Shown: in pieces, positions 41,726 through 53,895 of the stretch | Layout of the letters: every line of letters starts with the position of its first letter | Position numbering within the stretch: position 1 is the stretch's first letter | Notes under the pieces: generated by a model | Databases searched by the model: none | What the model was told of the DNA's origin: nothing | The model's input: only the letters and a program-made list of their open reading frames with translations | Made by a program: the position numbers and the translations under genes | Origin: Mizuhopecten yessoensis | Lineage: Eukaryota | Direction of reading: 5' to 3' | Assembly (NCBI RefSeq): GCF_002113885.1 | Contig: NW_018407797.1 | Coordinates: 2,775-66,774 of the forward strand | Length of the DNA stretch: 64,000 nt

Positions 41726-43744
41726 CTACTTGCCCGGACTGAAACGGAAGAGTTGTGGAAGGAGGGGAGAAGTCTGCTTCTTACCCCCAGAGGGTTTGGC
41801 ACTCTGCTTGCCCTTACCATTGGCTTTGGCCTTAAAGGTAGACTTAGCCTTAGCCGCAGACCGAGTCTGACGAGGCCTCGACTTAGCCTTCTTCTTGGCC
41901 TGGCCCGAACCCCGAGGGGGTCCAGCCTTACCAGCAGTCGACACTTTTGAAACCAAAAGTGCCGAGGCTACTGGGTCCTCCTTAACTTCCTTCTGAATAG
42001 AATGAAGGGCACCCCCAAAGAGCCAAGGACCCTCGAAGGGAGAGGACAAAAGCCTGGAAAGGTAAGGTTCCTCAATAGGCTTACCTTTAAGCACAGAGGC
42101 TTGCCTGGTAAGAACCAAATTGGCCAGCAGTGTACACTGCAAAGCTGCAGAGGCCTTCAGACAGTTGTGCAAGGATGAGGTCACCCTATCCTGCACAGCC
42201 CGTCTGTCACTCTCATCAACCTCTGACTCCCTGATGGGCACTTCCGATAAACGGGAAAGGGTAACCGTCAGGAAATCAAAATATGAGAGTACATGGAGAG
42301 AAAGCCGCAGGATTTTCTCCAATTTGTGGTGTTCCTTGGCAGAGAACACCACCTGGTCAGTCGCCGGTCCTGGCCATTGCCGAAGCTCGTGAGTTTCCAG
42401 CTTAGCTGGTTGACTCTCAAGTTTGGCGTTGTGAATGGCGTAGTCCGAGGATCTAACCTCAGACAAATCTGTCAAACTCAACTGCAGGCCAGCTGCACCA
42501 GATACACGAAAGGACGAAGCAGCCTTCTCTGCCATCCTAGCATGGGCGACAGCCAAAGCCGAGGAAACAACTGAATCCTCAGGCAAAGACTCGTCAGAAC
42601 GAGCCAAAACCTTAGGCGGAACCAGCTGACTCAGCAGCGTTGTCGCTTCTGGAATGGCAGACGCCGAAGGAGGAGAACAAACCTTCTCCCCGAGGATTCT
42701 GGCTACGTCAGCGCGAAGCGCCCGCATGCCAGCCAGAGCACGGTGGGCTTCAGCCTCAACCTCAGGCTCTACCTCTATCTCAGCCGACACCTCATCATCT
42801 TCAGATTCCGAAGAATCAAAATCATGATGAGGAGAAGGAGGTTCAGACTGAATCTCAGTCATCACACTCCCAGGTGACAGGCTGAGGACGTCATCGCCCC
42901 TGTCCCCATTCTCCATTTCAGTACCCCTCCTGGAAGGAGACACGGAGGTGTCTACTGTCGAGGGCAAGGTAGAGTTCTGGAGACTCTCTGAAAAAGTCCT
43001 CTTACGAGCTCTCTTCGGCTCCGAAGGGCCAATATGAGACTCTGAAGATCTACGAGAGGCGGGGATATTGGTCTTGGAGCGAGATGTCCTAAAAGTCCTA
43101 ATAGGTCTTTTAAACACAACCTCCTCCCCAGCCCCAGAGGTGGGTAGGAGCTGAGCATTCAGCGAGCCCCCAACCTGCTGAGGTGAGACCGGTCCCCAAC
43201 CCTGATTAAATCCCGAAGGATAACCTGAGTTGTACCCAAATCCCTGAGGAAATGGGGCTCTAGGACCATAAGGAAAAGAGTGACCCCAGTACTGACCATA
43301 CTGACCAGTGGGTACATGGGAAGGAACACCCTGACCAAAAGGAAAAGGTGAACCGCCTCTCCCTCCCGGAGCGAAACCAAAAATGAAAGGCCTAGGGCCA
43401 GACATATGACCGGATTGCTGCTGGAAAGCACCAAAACCATGATGCACAGTACCCGAAGCATGAGGCCCAAAGGACTCATACCCGAGACCATGGGGTGTCG
43501 CCCTACTCTTGTCAGACTTGTCACCTTCTCCATTACCCATTGGCGCGGCCCACGGGTTCCGTATGGTGCAAGCTGGCACGGACTCGACCCCGACAGGGTT
43601 GATACCGGATACCTGACCAGGAAAGAGAAGGGACCGTGAAGAGTCATGAGAGGTGGCAGTGCTGCTACACTCTGTGGGGCCCAGATAATTCGAAGAATTA
43701 CCACTCCCCATCGCAGCAGAGGACCCAAAAGGATTCTCATTCAT
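41726..43744 (-). CDS. DIRS ORF1 (gag-like), 672 aa, uninterrupted
   Basis: Long intact ORF directly upstream of pol within the element. It has a low-complexity N-half, a helical C-half and a basic tail. Confidence 0.8.
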   Translation of the reverse strand: MNENPFGSSAAMGSGNSSNYLGPTECSSTATSHDSSRSLLFPGQVSGINPVGVESVPACTIRNPWAAPMGNGEGDKSDKSRATPHGLGYESFGPHASGTVHHGFGAFQQQSGHMSGPRPFIFGFAPGGRGGSPFPFGQGVPSHVPTGQYGQYWGHSFPYGPRAPFPQGFGYNSGYPSGFNQGWGPVSPQQVGGSLNAQLLPTSGAGEEVVFKRPIRTFRTSRSKTNIPASRRSSESHIGPSEPKRARKRTFSESLQNSTLPSTVDTSVSPSRRGTEMENGDRGDDVLSLSPGSVMTEIQSEPPSPHHDFDSSESEDDEVSAEIEVEPEVEAEAHRALAGMRALRADVARILGEKVCSPPSASAIPEATTLLSQLVPPKVLARSDESLPEDSVVSSALAVAHARMAEKAASSFRVSGAAGLQLSLTDLSEVRSSDYAIHNAKLESQPAKLETHELRQWPGPATDQVVFSAKEHHKLEKILRLSLHVLSYFDFLTVTLSRLSEVPIRESEVDESDRRAVQDRVTSSLHNCLKASAALQCTLLANLVLTRQASVLKGKPIEEPYLSRLLSSPFEGPWLFGGALHSIQKEVKEDPVASALLVSKVSTAGKAGPPRGSGQAKKKAKSRPRQTRSAAKAKSTFKAKANGKGKQSAKPSGGKKQTSPLLPQLFRFSPGK

Positions 43745-44058
43745 GACTCTATCCCACCAACAGACGCTTCAGGACTGACTAAATAGTCAGAGACTGGAGG
43801 AAGGCCCACCCTTTCCAGAGATGAACTAACACCAATGGAAGGGGGGGGGGGGGCAACCTCCTTGGCAACAGGATAGCCAACACCTGTGCTCTCTAGGCTA
43901 GAGCCAGCCAAGGACTGGATAGTCTTGGGACCCTGCAGGGCCTCTGCCAACGAGGTACCTGCCAAAGGACTTTCCGTGGGGTTGTCGGTACTACCGGAGG
44001 AGGACCTAGCCTTGTCCTTCCTCTTACCCCATTTGTCAGACTTGGAGGAATCCTTCAT
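43741..44058 (-). CDS. Short upstream DIRS ORF (105 aa) overlapping the ORF1 start by ATGA
   Basis: ATG-initiated, and its TGA overlaps the ORF1 ATG. It may be the detached N-terminus of ORF1. Confidence 0.4.
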   Translation of the reverse strand: MKDSSKSDKWGKRKDKARSSSGSTDNPTESPLAGTSLAEALQGPKTIQSLAGSSLESTGVGYPVAKEVAPPPPSIGVSSSLERVGLPPVSDYLVSPEASVGGIES

Positions 44059-44089
44059 GGTTCACAAACAAGATAAACAAACAATTCAG

Positions 44090-44443
44090 CCTTTATTTGT
44101 AAAATAAAATAATTTTAATTCACAAAAATCACCGTAAACGAAAACGAAAGTGAAAGTAAACACTCACGAAAACGAACGGGGACCAAAACACGTGGCAATG
44201 GTACCGACGTTTTACAACGAAATACGGTGAATAAAGGCAAAAATATATATATCAACAATAGCAGGGCCCTTATTTGTAAAAATTAAATAATTTTAATTCA
44301 CAAAATATCACCGTAAACTAAAACCAAAGTGAAAGTAAACACTTACGAAACGAACGGGGACCAAAACACGTGGCAATGGTACCGACGTTTTACAACGAAA
44401 TACGGTGAATAAAGGCAAAAAATATATATAAACAATAGCAGGG
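44090..44443. repeat. ~178-bp tandem duplication in the DIRS 5' leader
   Basis: TTATTTGTAAAA...AACAATAGCAGGG occurs twice. Confidence 0.9.
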
Positions 44444-44744
44444 AAACTGGTATAACATATGAAGTATGAAAACAAACAATGACACAGGTTACCGCCCTCA
44501 AAAAACTTGAACGAAGTCCAGGGTAGAAATAACCACCATGTGCTTCTTTCGAGTTGAAGAAAGAGGAAGTTGGAGGTGCGCGCGCATTCTACACCCGTAT
44601 GTCCGGTTTGGACAGGGAGTAGTTTCGCATTTGCGCGGGGCATTTGAAACTTTACTTTGGGAGTTAAAGAACTGGTAGTTGGAGATCATTTGCATAATAA
44701 TTGGACGTGGTAAGTATTGTTTTTGATATAAAAATGCAGGGTAC

Positions 44745-45107
44745 GACTCGTTCAACAGTATAGTCTCAAACGACCTACGTAATATCGGAGTTTTTGACTA
44801 CATTGTGTAGTCGTTGCAATCTGTAGTGGTCCGTAGCTCTCCGTATTGTGTCCCAAGTCAATCGTAGTAGTACTTGTATATCCGTGACCAATTTTGAACA
44901 TGTTCAAAAATTCACCAAGGATAAGACAACCGTAGTACATGCTGAACTAACCCACTCCTCGTTGTCAACTAGCCCCTATCCGTAGTCAAACCATGGTGCA
45001 ACCGTAGCGGACCACGGATATAGACTATTCCGGGCCGGGGTCATCCGTGAGTGTCCATCCCTAGTGGATCTGGCGAGACGATTCATGAACGTGTGACCGG
45101 GGCATAA
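44745..45107. mobile_element. Truncated Harbinger-like MITE end
   Basis: Terminus GTGTGACCGGGGCATAA and internal TTTTGAACATG motif resemble the 16932-18073 element. The other end was not found. Confidence 0.4.
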
Positions 45108-46254
45108 CAGTCTGACTTCATTGTAATTATAAATACCAACCTATATAGAGTAAGAATTAATTGAAAACAAATAAAGTAATTTTACTCGATTATATACCGA
45201 CGGCTCCAAAAATCCAATTAACGGAGATCCTAAATTCGAGAAATGAAGTAATTAAATATCGTCAGTTTACATAGCTGAACTAATAGTTATATAAATCCCC
45301 GACATGAAGCTAATTAAGTTAGACCAAAGACATGCAGTATAATCTAATATATAGGCATATATAATGTCAAACCACGGACTTAGATAATTCTAATTTAATT
45401 CCGTGGTTAAACAGAGGAATTATCTAGGAGTATTTTCACATCTATGTCCTCATAAAATCAATAGTAGAACTTGATAACCAAATCAGACCTTCGTCAGTCC
45501 TTACTATGGAATTAGTTCTGCCTAGTGTTACAGCCAATTACAGGGTGCTTCCACTAGCAAAATCGAATGTGCTTTATTTTCCCAAAATGAATAAAACGAA
45601 GAACAACCCGAGTCCTCCGAATTTTAATGAAATAATTGCTATATTTCCTCATTGATAAAGGAACACGCTGCACAGCGCAATTTCCATGATAATTGTAGGA
45701 CAGTGTTACACCATCAAATAAAGCTTAGAATAATTCAAAAGAGGTGTGCAAATTTGGGGCTTTAGGTGACTCCAATTAAACTTATTAATACCTGTTACGA
45801 CCATCTAATCTACTACCTAACGGCTATTAAGTCTGAAAGCAAACGATACCAAGCACTTGAGTATTGCGCGCTCATTATTTATTTTTTATTTTTGGGGGGA
45901 TCGGGAGGCCATACAAATCTCTCCCATCCATGCTATCGTATAGTGTTTGGTTGTTTGTTTGGTATTTAACGTCCTCGCAACAGCCAGGGTCATATGAGGA
46001 CCGGTGCCTAGGGAGACATGTACAACAGCCAGGGTCATATAAGGTCGGTTGCCTAGGGAGACACCACCAGGAAGAGAAAGTAGATAGACAAGGAAGAAGA
46101 CAGAAAAGTTGGGAAATGAACAAGATCCAAAGTGCTGTAATTGGGGCAGCAGATCGATTTTAGTCTCTTCCATTTCCTTTTAGTAAAAGACATAGAGGTA
46201 AATCCCCGATTACGAAGGGTTGCCATATTAGTTGCCTCTAATTATATATAATGA

Positions 46255-49200
46255 TACACATGCAGTGGGATACAGTAGGCCTAGTCTTTCCCCAGACATG
46301 CACGTATAACGTTCATGCAGTGGGATATAGTAGGCCTAGTCTTCCCCAAACATGCACGTATATATAACGTTCATGCAGTGGGATATAGTAGGCCTAGTCT
46401 TTCCCCGAACATGCACGTATAACGTTCATGCAGTGGGATATAGTAGGCCTAGTCTTTCCCCATACATGCACGTATACCGTTCATGCAGGGGGAAATAGTA
46501 GGCCTAGTGTTTTCCCAGACATGCACGTATAACGTTCATGCAGTGGGAAATAGTAGGCCTAGTCTTTCCCCAGACATGCACGTATAACGTTCATGCAGTG
46601 GGATATACATTTTTGTAGTAGGCCTAGTCTTTCCCCAAACATGCACGTATAACGTTCATGCAGTGGCATACAGTAGGCCTAGTCTTTCCCCAAACCTTCA
46701 CGTATAACGTCCATGCAGTGGTATACAGTAGGCCTAGTCTTTTCCCAAACATGCACGTATAACGTTCATGCAGTGGGAAATAGTAGGCCTAGTGTTTCCC
46801 CAGACATGCACGTATAACGTTCATGCAGTGGGATTCAGTAGGCCTAGTCTTTCCCCAGACATGCACGTATAACGTTCATGCAGGGGGATATACATTTTTG
46901 TAGTAGGCCTAGTCTTTCCCCAAACATGCTCGTATGACGTTCATGCAGTGGTATACAGTATGCCTAGTCTTTCCCCAAACCTTCACGTATAACGTCCATG
47001 CAGTGGTATACAGTAGGCCTAGTCTTTCCCCAAACCTTCACGTATAACGTCCATGCAGTGGTATACAGTCGGCCTAATCTTTCCCCAAACATGCACGTAT
47101 GACGTTCATGCAGTGGAATACAGTAGGCCTAGTCTTTCCCCAAACATGCACATATAATGTTCATGCAGTGGGATATAGTAGCAGAAGCCTAGTCTTTCCC
47201 CAAACATGCACATATAATGTTCATGCAGTGGGATATAGTAGCAGAAGCCTAGTCTTTCCCCAAACATGCACATATAATGTTCATGCAGTGGGATATAGTA
47301 GCAGAGGCCTTGTCTTTCCCCAAACATGCACGTATAACGTTTATGCAGTGGTATACAGTAGTCCTAGTGTTTCCCCAAACATGCACGTATAACGTTTATG
47401 CAGTGGTATACAGTAGTCCTAGTGTTTCCCCAAACATGCACGTATAACGTTTATGCAGTGGTATACAGTAGGCCTAGTGTTTCCCCAAACATGCACGTAT
47501 AACGTTCATTCAGTGGTATACAGTAGGCCTAGTCTTTTCCCAAACATGCACGTATAACGTTCATGCAGTGGTATAAAGTAGGCCTAGTTTTCCCCAGATA
47601 TGCACGTATAACGTTCATGCAGTATGATACAGTAGGCCTAGTCTTTCCCCAGAAATGCACGTATAACGTTCATGCAGTGGTATAAAGTAGGCCTAGTTTT
47701 CCCCAGATATGCACGTATAACGTTCATGCAGTATGATACAGTAGGCCTAGTCTTTCCCCAGACATGCACGCATAACGTTCATGCAGTGGGATATACATTT
47801 TTGTAGTAGGCCTAGTCTTTCCCCATACATGCACGTATACCGTTCATGCAGGGGGAAATAGTAGGCCTAGTGTTTTCCCAGACATGCACGTATAACGTTC
47901 ATGCAGGGGGATATACATTTTTGTAGTAGGCCTAGTCTTTCCCCAAACATGCACATATAATGTTCATGCAGTGGGATATAGTAGCAGAGGCCTTGTCTTT
48001 CCCCAAACATGCACGTATAACGTTTATGCAGTGGTATACAGTAGTCCTAGTGTTTCCCCAAACATGCACGTATAACGTTTATGCAGTGGTATACAGTAGG
48101 CCTAGTGTTTCCCCAAACATGCACGTATAACGTTCATGCAGTGGTATACAGTAGGCCAAGTCTTTCCCCAAACATGCACGTATAACGTTCATGCAGTGGT
48201 ATACAGTATGCCTAGTCTTTCCCCAAACCTTCACGTATAACGTCCATGCAGTGGTATACAGTAGGCCTAGTCTTCCCCAGATATGCACGTATAACGTTCA
48301 TGCAGTATGATACAGTAGGCCTAGTCTTTCCCCAGACATGCACGCATAACGTTCATGCAGTGGGATATACATTTTTGTAGTAGGACTAGTCTTTCCCCAA
48401 ACATGCACGTATAAAGTTCATGCAGTGGTATACAGTAGGCCTAATCTTTCCCCAAACATGCACGTATGACGTTCATGCAGTGGTATACAGTAGGCCTGGT
48501 CTTTCCCCAAACATGCACGTATAACTTTCATGCAGTGTGATACAGTAGGCCTAGTCTTTCCCAAGACATGTACGTATAACGTTCATGCAGTGGGATATAC
48601 ATTTTTGTAGTAGGCCTAGTCTTTCCCCAAACATGCTCGTATGACGTTCATGCAGTGGTATACAGTATGCCTAGTCTTTCCCCAAACCTTCACGTATAAC
48701 GTCCATGCAGTGGTATACAGTAGGCCTACTCTTTCCCCAAACATGCACGTATGACGTTCATGCAGTGGTATACAGTATGCCTAGTCTTTCCCCAAACCTT
48801 CACGTATAACGTCCATGCAGTGGTATACAGTAGGCCTAGTCTTCCCCAGATATGCACGTATAACGTTCATGCAGTATGATACAGTAGGCCTAGTCTTTCC
48901 CCAGACATGCACGTATAACGTTCATGCAGGGGGATATACATTTTTGTAGTAGGCCTAGTCTTTCCCCATACATGCACGTATACCGTTCATGCAGGGGGAA
49001 ATAGTAGGCCTAGTGTTTTCCCAGACATGCACGTATAACGTTCATGTAGTGGGATATACATTTTTGTAGTAGGCCTAGTCTTTCCCCATACATGCACGTA
49101 TACCGTTCATGCAGGGGGAAATAGTAGGCCTAGTGTTTTCCCAGACATGCACGTATAACGTTCATGTAGTGGGATATACATTTTTGTAGTAGGCCTAGTC

Positions 49201-49775
49201 TTTCCCCATACATGCACGTATACCGTTCATGCAGGGGGAAATAGTAGGCCTAGTGTTTTCCCAGACATGCACGTATAACGTTCATGCAGTAGGATACAGT
49301 AGGCCTAGTCTTTCCCCAGAAATGCACGTATAACGTTCATGCAGTGGAATACAGTAGGCCTAGTCTTTCCCCAAACCTTCACGTATAACGTCCATGCAGT
49401 GGTATACAGTAGGCCTAATCTTTCCCCCAACATGCACGTATGACGTTCATGCAGTGGAATACAGTAGGCCTAGTCTTTCCCCAAACATGCACGTATAACG
49501 TCCATGCAGTGGTATACAGTAGGCCTAATCTTTCCCCAAACATGCACGTATGACGTTCATGCAGTGGTATACAGTAGGCCTAGTCTTTCCCCAAACCTTC
49601 ACGTATAACGTCCATGCAGTGGTATACAGTAGGCCTAGTCTTTCCCCAAACATGCACGTATAACGTTCATGAAGTGGTATACCGTAGGCCTAGTCTTTCC
49701 CCAAACATGCACGTATGACGTTCATGCAGTGGGATTTAGTAGGCCTAGTTTTTCCCCAAACCTTCACGTGCACGT
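46255..49775. repeat. 55-bp satellite with 60- and 65-bp variants and a local 120-bp higher-order repeat
   Basis: CATGCACGTATAACGTTCATGCAGTGGTATACAGTAGGCCTAGTCTTTCCCCAAA units. The 60-nt blocks at 48961, 49081 and 49201 are identical. Confidence 0.95.
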
Positions 49776-50349
49776 TTAATGTGATACATATACAAAACTT
49801 TGCTCATGTAAGGTATGTTTGCAAGTGGTCACAAATATCAATCCGAAGACTCCTAAGAAGCAATACAAAATTATGTTTACCTATTGACAGTACATACAAT
49901 CTTAACTTCCTTCGTTCTCCCTACTATAAAACACTCTCAAGTACCAGCAAAAGGCATACATGATAAAACTATCTATATGCCTCACTTTTGAAATAACAAA
50001 CCAACAATGAACAACTGAAGCTTATACACACCTATTTATACTCTCCTCTTTACAAAATCTTGACCCTCGGAAAGTATGTTAAACAGGGAATCTAGTTAAA
50101 CGATTTGCACTTAAAGATCCCTCTGCTGGATTTCCGGGAGTTAAGTCTGCTAAATAATACTATGTACACAGAGAAGTGTTATGTTGGGCTAATATTGGCT
50201 TTGACGTGACATACAAAATTCCAAACACATAAAATAGAAAAGTGAATTAGTATTCCCACACCCACCTTTATTAGAACACTTTGGCATTTATGCATAGCTA
50301 GATTGTTCCTCTCCTGAGAACAATAGATGTGAAGCATTATCAATCAATT

Positions 50350-51097
50350 AACTAGAATTTTGTTTTTGTGAACAAAAACATATGTCTCCCCTTATTAGCC
50401 AATGAAAAAACTCTGGTATAAAAAATTAACAAAGGGCCATATCGCTTTATATAGTGCACGATACCCGAATTTAGAATGCGACACTCCTACTTCCCAAGAT
50501 ATATTAAAACTTTAGCAAGTTTGGTCAACGTAGGTGAAATACATGTAAGATGGAAGTTATACCGTTGACAAACTTCGTTATTAAAATTAAACAAAGAGCC
50601 ATAACTCTGTATATAGTGGGGCATTAAATCTGATTTTAGTGTGAGAGATTCCGCCTTCGCAAGATACATCAATATGGTAAGTATGGTCAACGTAGGTGAA
50701 ATAACATGGAACTTATGCTCCAGACAAACTTCTGCATTGAAATTAAACAAAGGGCCATAACTCTGTATATAGTGAAGCATGAGACCTAATTCTATTGCAC
50801 TGCACACCTCCTGTGGGTGATGCAGATATAGTTCAAGCTTGATCAAGATATCTTTAATGGTTTGAAATTTACGGGCCGGACAAGGATTTACTGAGGTGAA
50901 GGTCACAGTGACCTTATTCCAGTGCACTGCACACCTCCAGTGGGTGATGCATGCATACCTAAAGTTCCATCAAGATATCTTAATGGTTTAAAAGTTATGG
51001 CCCGAACAATTTCGATTAAAAGAAGCAGAAGAAGAAGAGGAAGAAGAACCAGTACTAAAACAATATGTCTCCCTTCATTTGAAGGGGAGACATAATA
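50350..51097 (-). mobile_element. HINE/DINE-1-like element, family 2
   Basis: subTIR TATGTCTCCCC (50381) with a matching GGGGAGACATA hairpin (51064-51094). Hairpin TGTTTTTGT..ACAAAAACA, GAA microsatellite and ~160-bp internal repeats. Confidence 0.7.
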
Positions 51098-51965
51098 ATT
51101 ACGCTGACTGCCCATACAAACAAATGGCATTTTCTGTAAGTAAATGTCCATTTTACTATCTTAGTTACATACATATATCACTTTATTTAGGTATAACTTT
51201 CTAAATAAATATTACTGCTAAATGCAAATACTGAAATGAAAGAAGATCAAACTAATTTCCTGCTACTCTGTATATATTTGGGCACAGAACATGACTTCAG
51301 TACTCGACACTCCTCCTTCCCATGACAGGTTTAGCAAGTTTGATGAATTGTTATTTACTTGTAAATTTAATTTGAGATAGTTTGTGTTTTTCGCCACCCT
51401 GTCTTTTTTTTGCATTTTGATAGCTTTGCTAATATTGCTTGTAACGCGGCCTTGGTTTGAATATCGGTTCCATGTGCTTGCTGGTGCCAAGTGGATTGCT
51501 TGCTTGAAATATTTTTACACTTAAAAGTTTTTTGCGAACAGTTACCTTCGGCTGCACACAACTAACTTTAGCTTGGAATTGTTGCCCAGTTAATTTTTTT
51601 TAATATGCATTTTAGGTTTTTTTCTTGTTACCAATGTTATTAATTCCATTGTACATTAACACTTTTCTAAACAACGTTAACCTTCACCTTGGGTTTGGGC
51701 TATCATTTGTACTACATTGTATAACATAGTCTAATTTGAGTATGTATAATGAGTATATGAATATTGCCTGTTAGTTAATGTTGGGTATTAAAGCCAATTT
51801 TAAATTTAGTTATTCTTCTGTCTTCATTGTTGTACAATAAAATAGGTAAAAGTATGTGAAATAGTAATGGAAACTTATGCTCCAGACAAAATATTGTCGA
51901 CATCAAGCCAGCCAAACAAATGTCAATACCCCATAACATTATATGTTCGGTCTTACACAGATATG

Positions 51966-52805
51966 AAACAAGGTTACCGCAAGCGGTATATAATACGCCC
52001 GTCACATTGAATGAGCAGTTGTTTGTATGATTGAAATATATGAAGTATTTGTGAGTAATTGATATTGAAAGAGAAATCATTCAACATAACTGGTAGATCA
52101 ATGAGTGCAATTCAACATCATGGAACACATGCATCGCATTAATGAAACCAAGGGGAATAACTCCAATAATTACGGTCGGATAATGGCGGTTATCGAACTT
52201 GTCCGAGGTTTCATGGTAATTAACCTTGTTGTGAAGTTTGAAGTTAATCCGTTAATAATTACTCGAGATATCGAGCGGACACTGTTTCGGCAAGTCCATA
52301 AAGGGGCATAACTCCACAAATTATGGTCGGATAATGGCGGTTATCGAACTTGTCCGAGGTTTCATGGTAATTAACCTTGTTGTGAAGTTTGAAGTTAATC
52401 CGTTAATAATTACTCGAGATATCGAGCGGACACTGTTTCGGCAAGTCCATAAAGGGGCATAACTCCACAAATTATGGTCGGATAATGGCGGTTATCGAAC
52501 TTGTCCGAGGTTTCATGGTAATTAACCTTGTTGTGAAGTTTGAAGTTAATCCGTTAATAATTACTCGAGATATCGAGCGGACACTGTTTCGGCAAGTCCA
52601 TAAAGGGGCATAACTCCACAAATTATGGTCGGATAATGGCGGTTATCGAACTTGTCCGAGCTTTCATGGTAATTAACCTTGTTGTGAAGTTTGAAGTTAA
52701 TCCGTTAATAATTACTCGAGATATCGAGCAGACATCGTTCGCATGCCCGCCCGCCCGCCCACGTGATAACATAATACGTCCCCGTCTTCGACGGGCGTAT
52801 AAAAA
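51966..52805 (-). mobile_element. HINE/DINE-1-like element, family 3, with a 4 x 151-bp array
   Basis: AACAAG, hairpin TACCGCAAGCGGTA and subTIR ATACGCCCGTC at one end. GACGGGCGTAT-AAAAA and a (GCCC)n microsatellite at the other. Units at 52174, 52325, 52476 and 52627. Confidence 0.8.
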
Positions 52806-53690
52806 GTTTAAAATCAAATATTTCTAAATTTTAACGACATTCGATTTCAAGCAATGTATATTCTTATATTTTTAACACCTGATGTGGATTTACTAGTTCT
52901 TAATGACCCTATACAGGAGGTAAAAGGGGCACAAACAAGTTTCAATTCAATGAATATGAGCAATTTGTAACACATTAAAGCCTGTTCAAGAGACCAGACT
53001 TACTTGATGTACTAAGAGATCCTCTGCATTAAGAGATTACCTTTAAAAACTCCCAAATGCAGTCTGATTTTGAACAAGATCATCTGCAATAATAAACCAT
53101 TTGATGGAATTGCAAAGGTGATGTTTGAAACAGTTTGTACAAGCTTCGTATCGTACACCATTCAGTTTGCGACACTTATGGCAGTTATACCAGTAGGTCT
53201 GCAACATCTATGTCGTTTTATTTTTTAAGCAGAAACTGTACAAAGAGGTATTTAACATAATTAACTAAACAAAAGGTTAAATGGGCCTGTATCGTCCACC
53301 TTTTATGCGGTACTGTACAATTCCCATGTAAGTGACCTTCATTGTGGGTCAAATGACTAAAACCATCACAGAATCACCAACTAGACAGTCATACTGTAAT
53401 ATGCTTTATTTCCGCTCAGACATATACTTTTTTGCAGTATGTTTAAAAAGAATGGATAAAAGACTAACATAGTTTTCAATTTGTGGTTTGATATTTCAAG
53501 TTTAGTGACATGAAATGTTTGCAGCATGTTGAATTTTGCAGACTCAACTTACTGCAAAAATCGCTAAAATAATTCATAACATAACTAACCCTACAGGATT
53601 TTTTCATTAGTCCTTTTTGGCTTCCAGTCTTGAGTGAATAACTAATTCCAAGTCTCTTTTGGCCACCGGTTTAGAGTGCNATACTTTATT

Positions 53691-53895
53691 TCAAGTCTCC
53701 TTCGGCCACCAGTCTGGGATATTGGACTTAACGACTAGATCATCCTCCGTCTCTGTTTTAACACTGAGTTTTTTACTGGCCTCTGCTATCCGTAAAAGAC
53801 CAAGTCCATATTTGCCCACATGGCCTCGTACTTTCCCCGCAGATTTTCCAGTCTCGGTGGCAATGTTAGCTCCCGCTGACACATTCTGAGGTTCA
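53691..53895 (-). CDS. IBA57: IBA57 coding exon 6 (terminal)
   Basis: Acceptor tttttAG, phase 2. GKSAGKVRG...YGLGLLRI...IPDWWP*. AATAAA follows the stop directly. Confidence 0.88.

Larger units (their letters stand above)
38173..44736 (-). mobile_element. Full-length DIRS1-type tyrosine-recombinase retrotransposon, coding regions disrupted
   Basis: Inverted terminal repeats ~38202-38370 and 44548-44716 with non-identical outer extensions. ICR at 38436-38534. Gag-like, RT/RNaseH, methyltransferase and YR coding regions. Confidence 0.95.
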
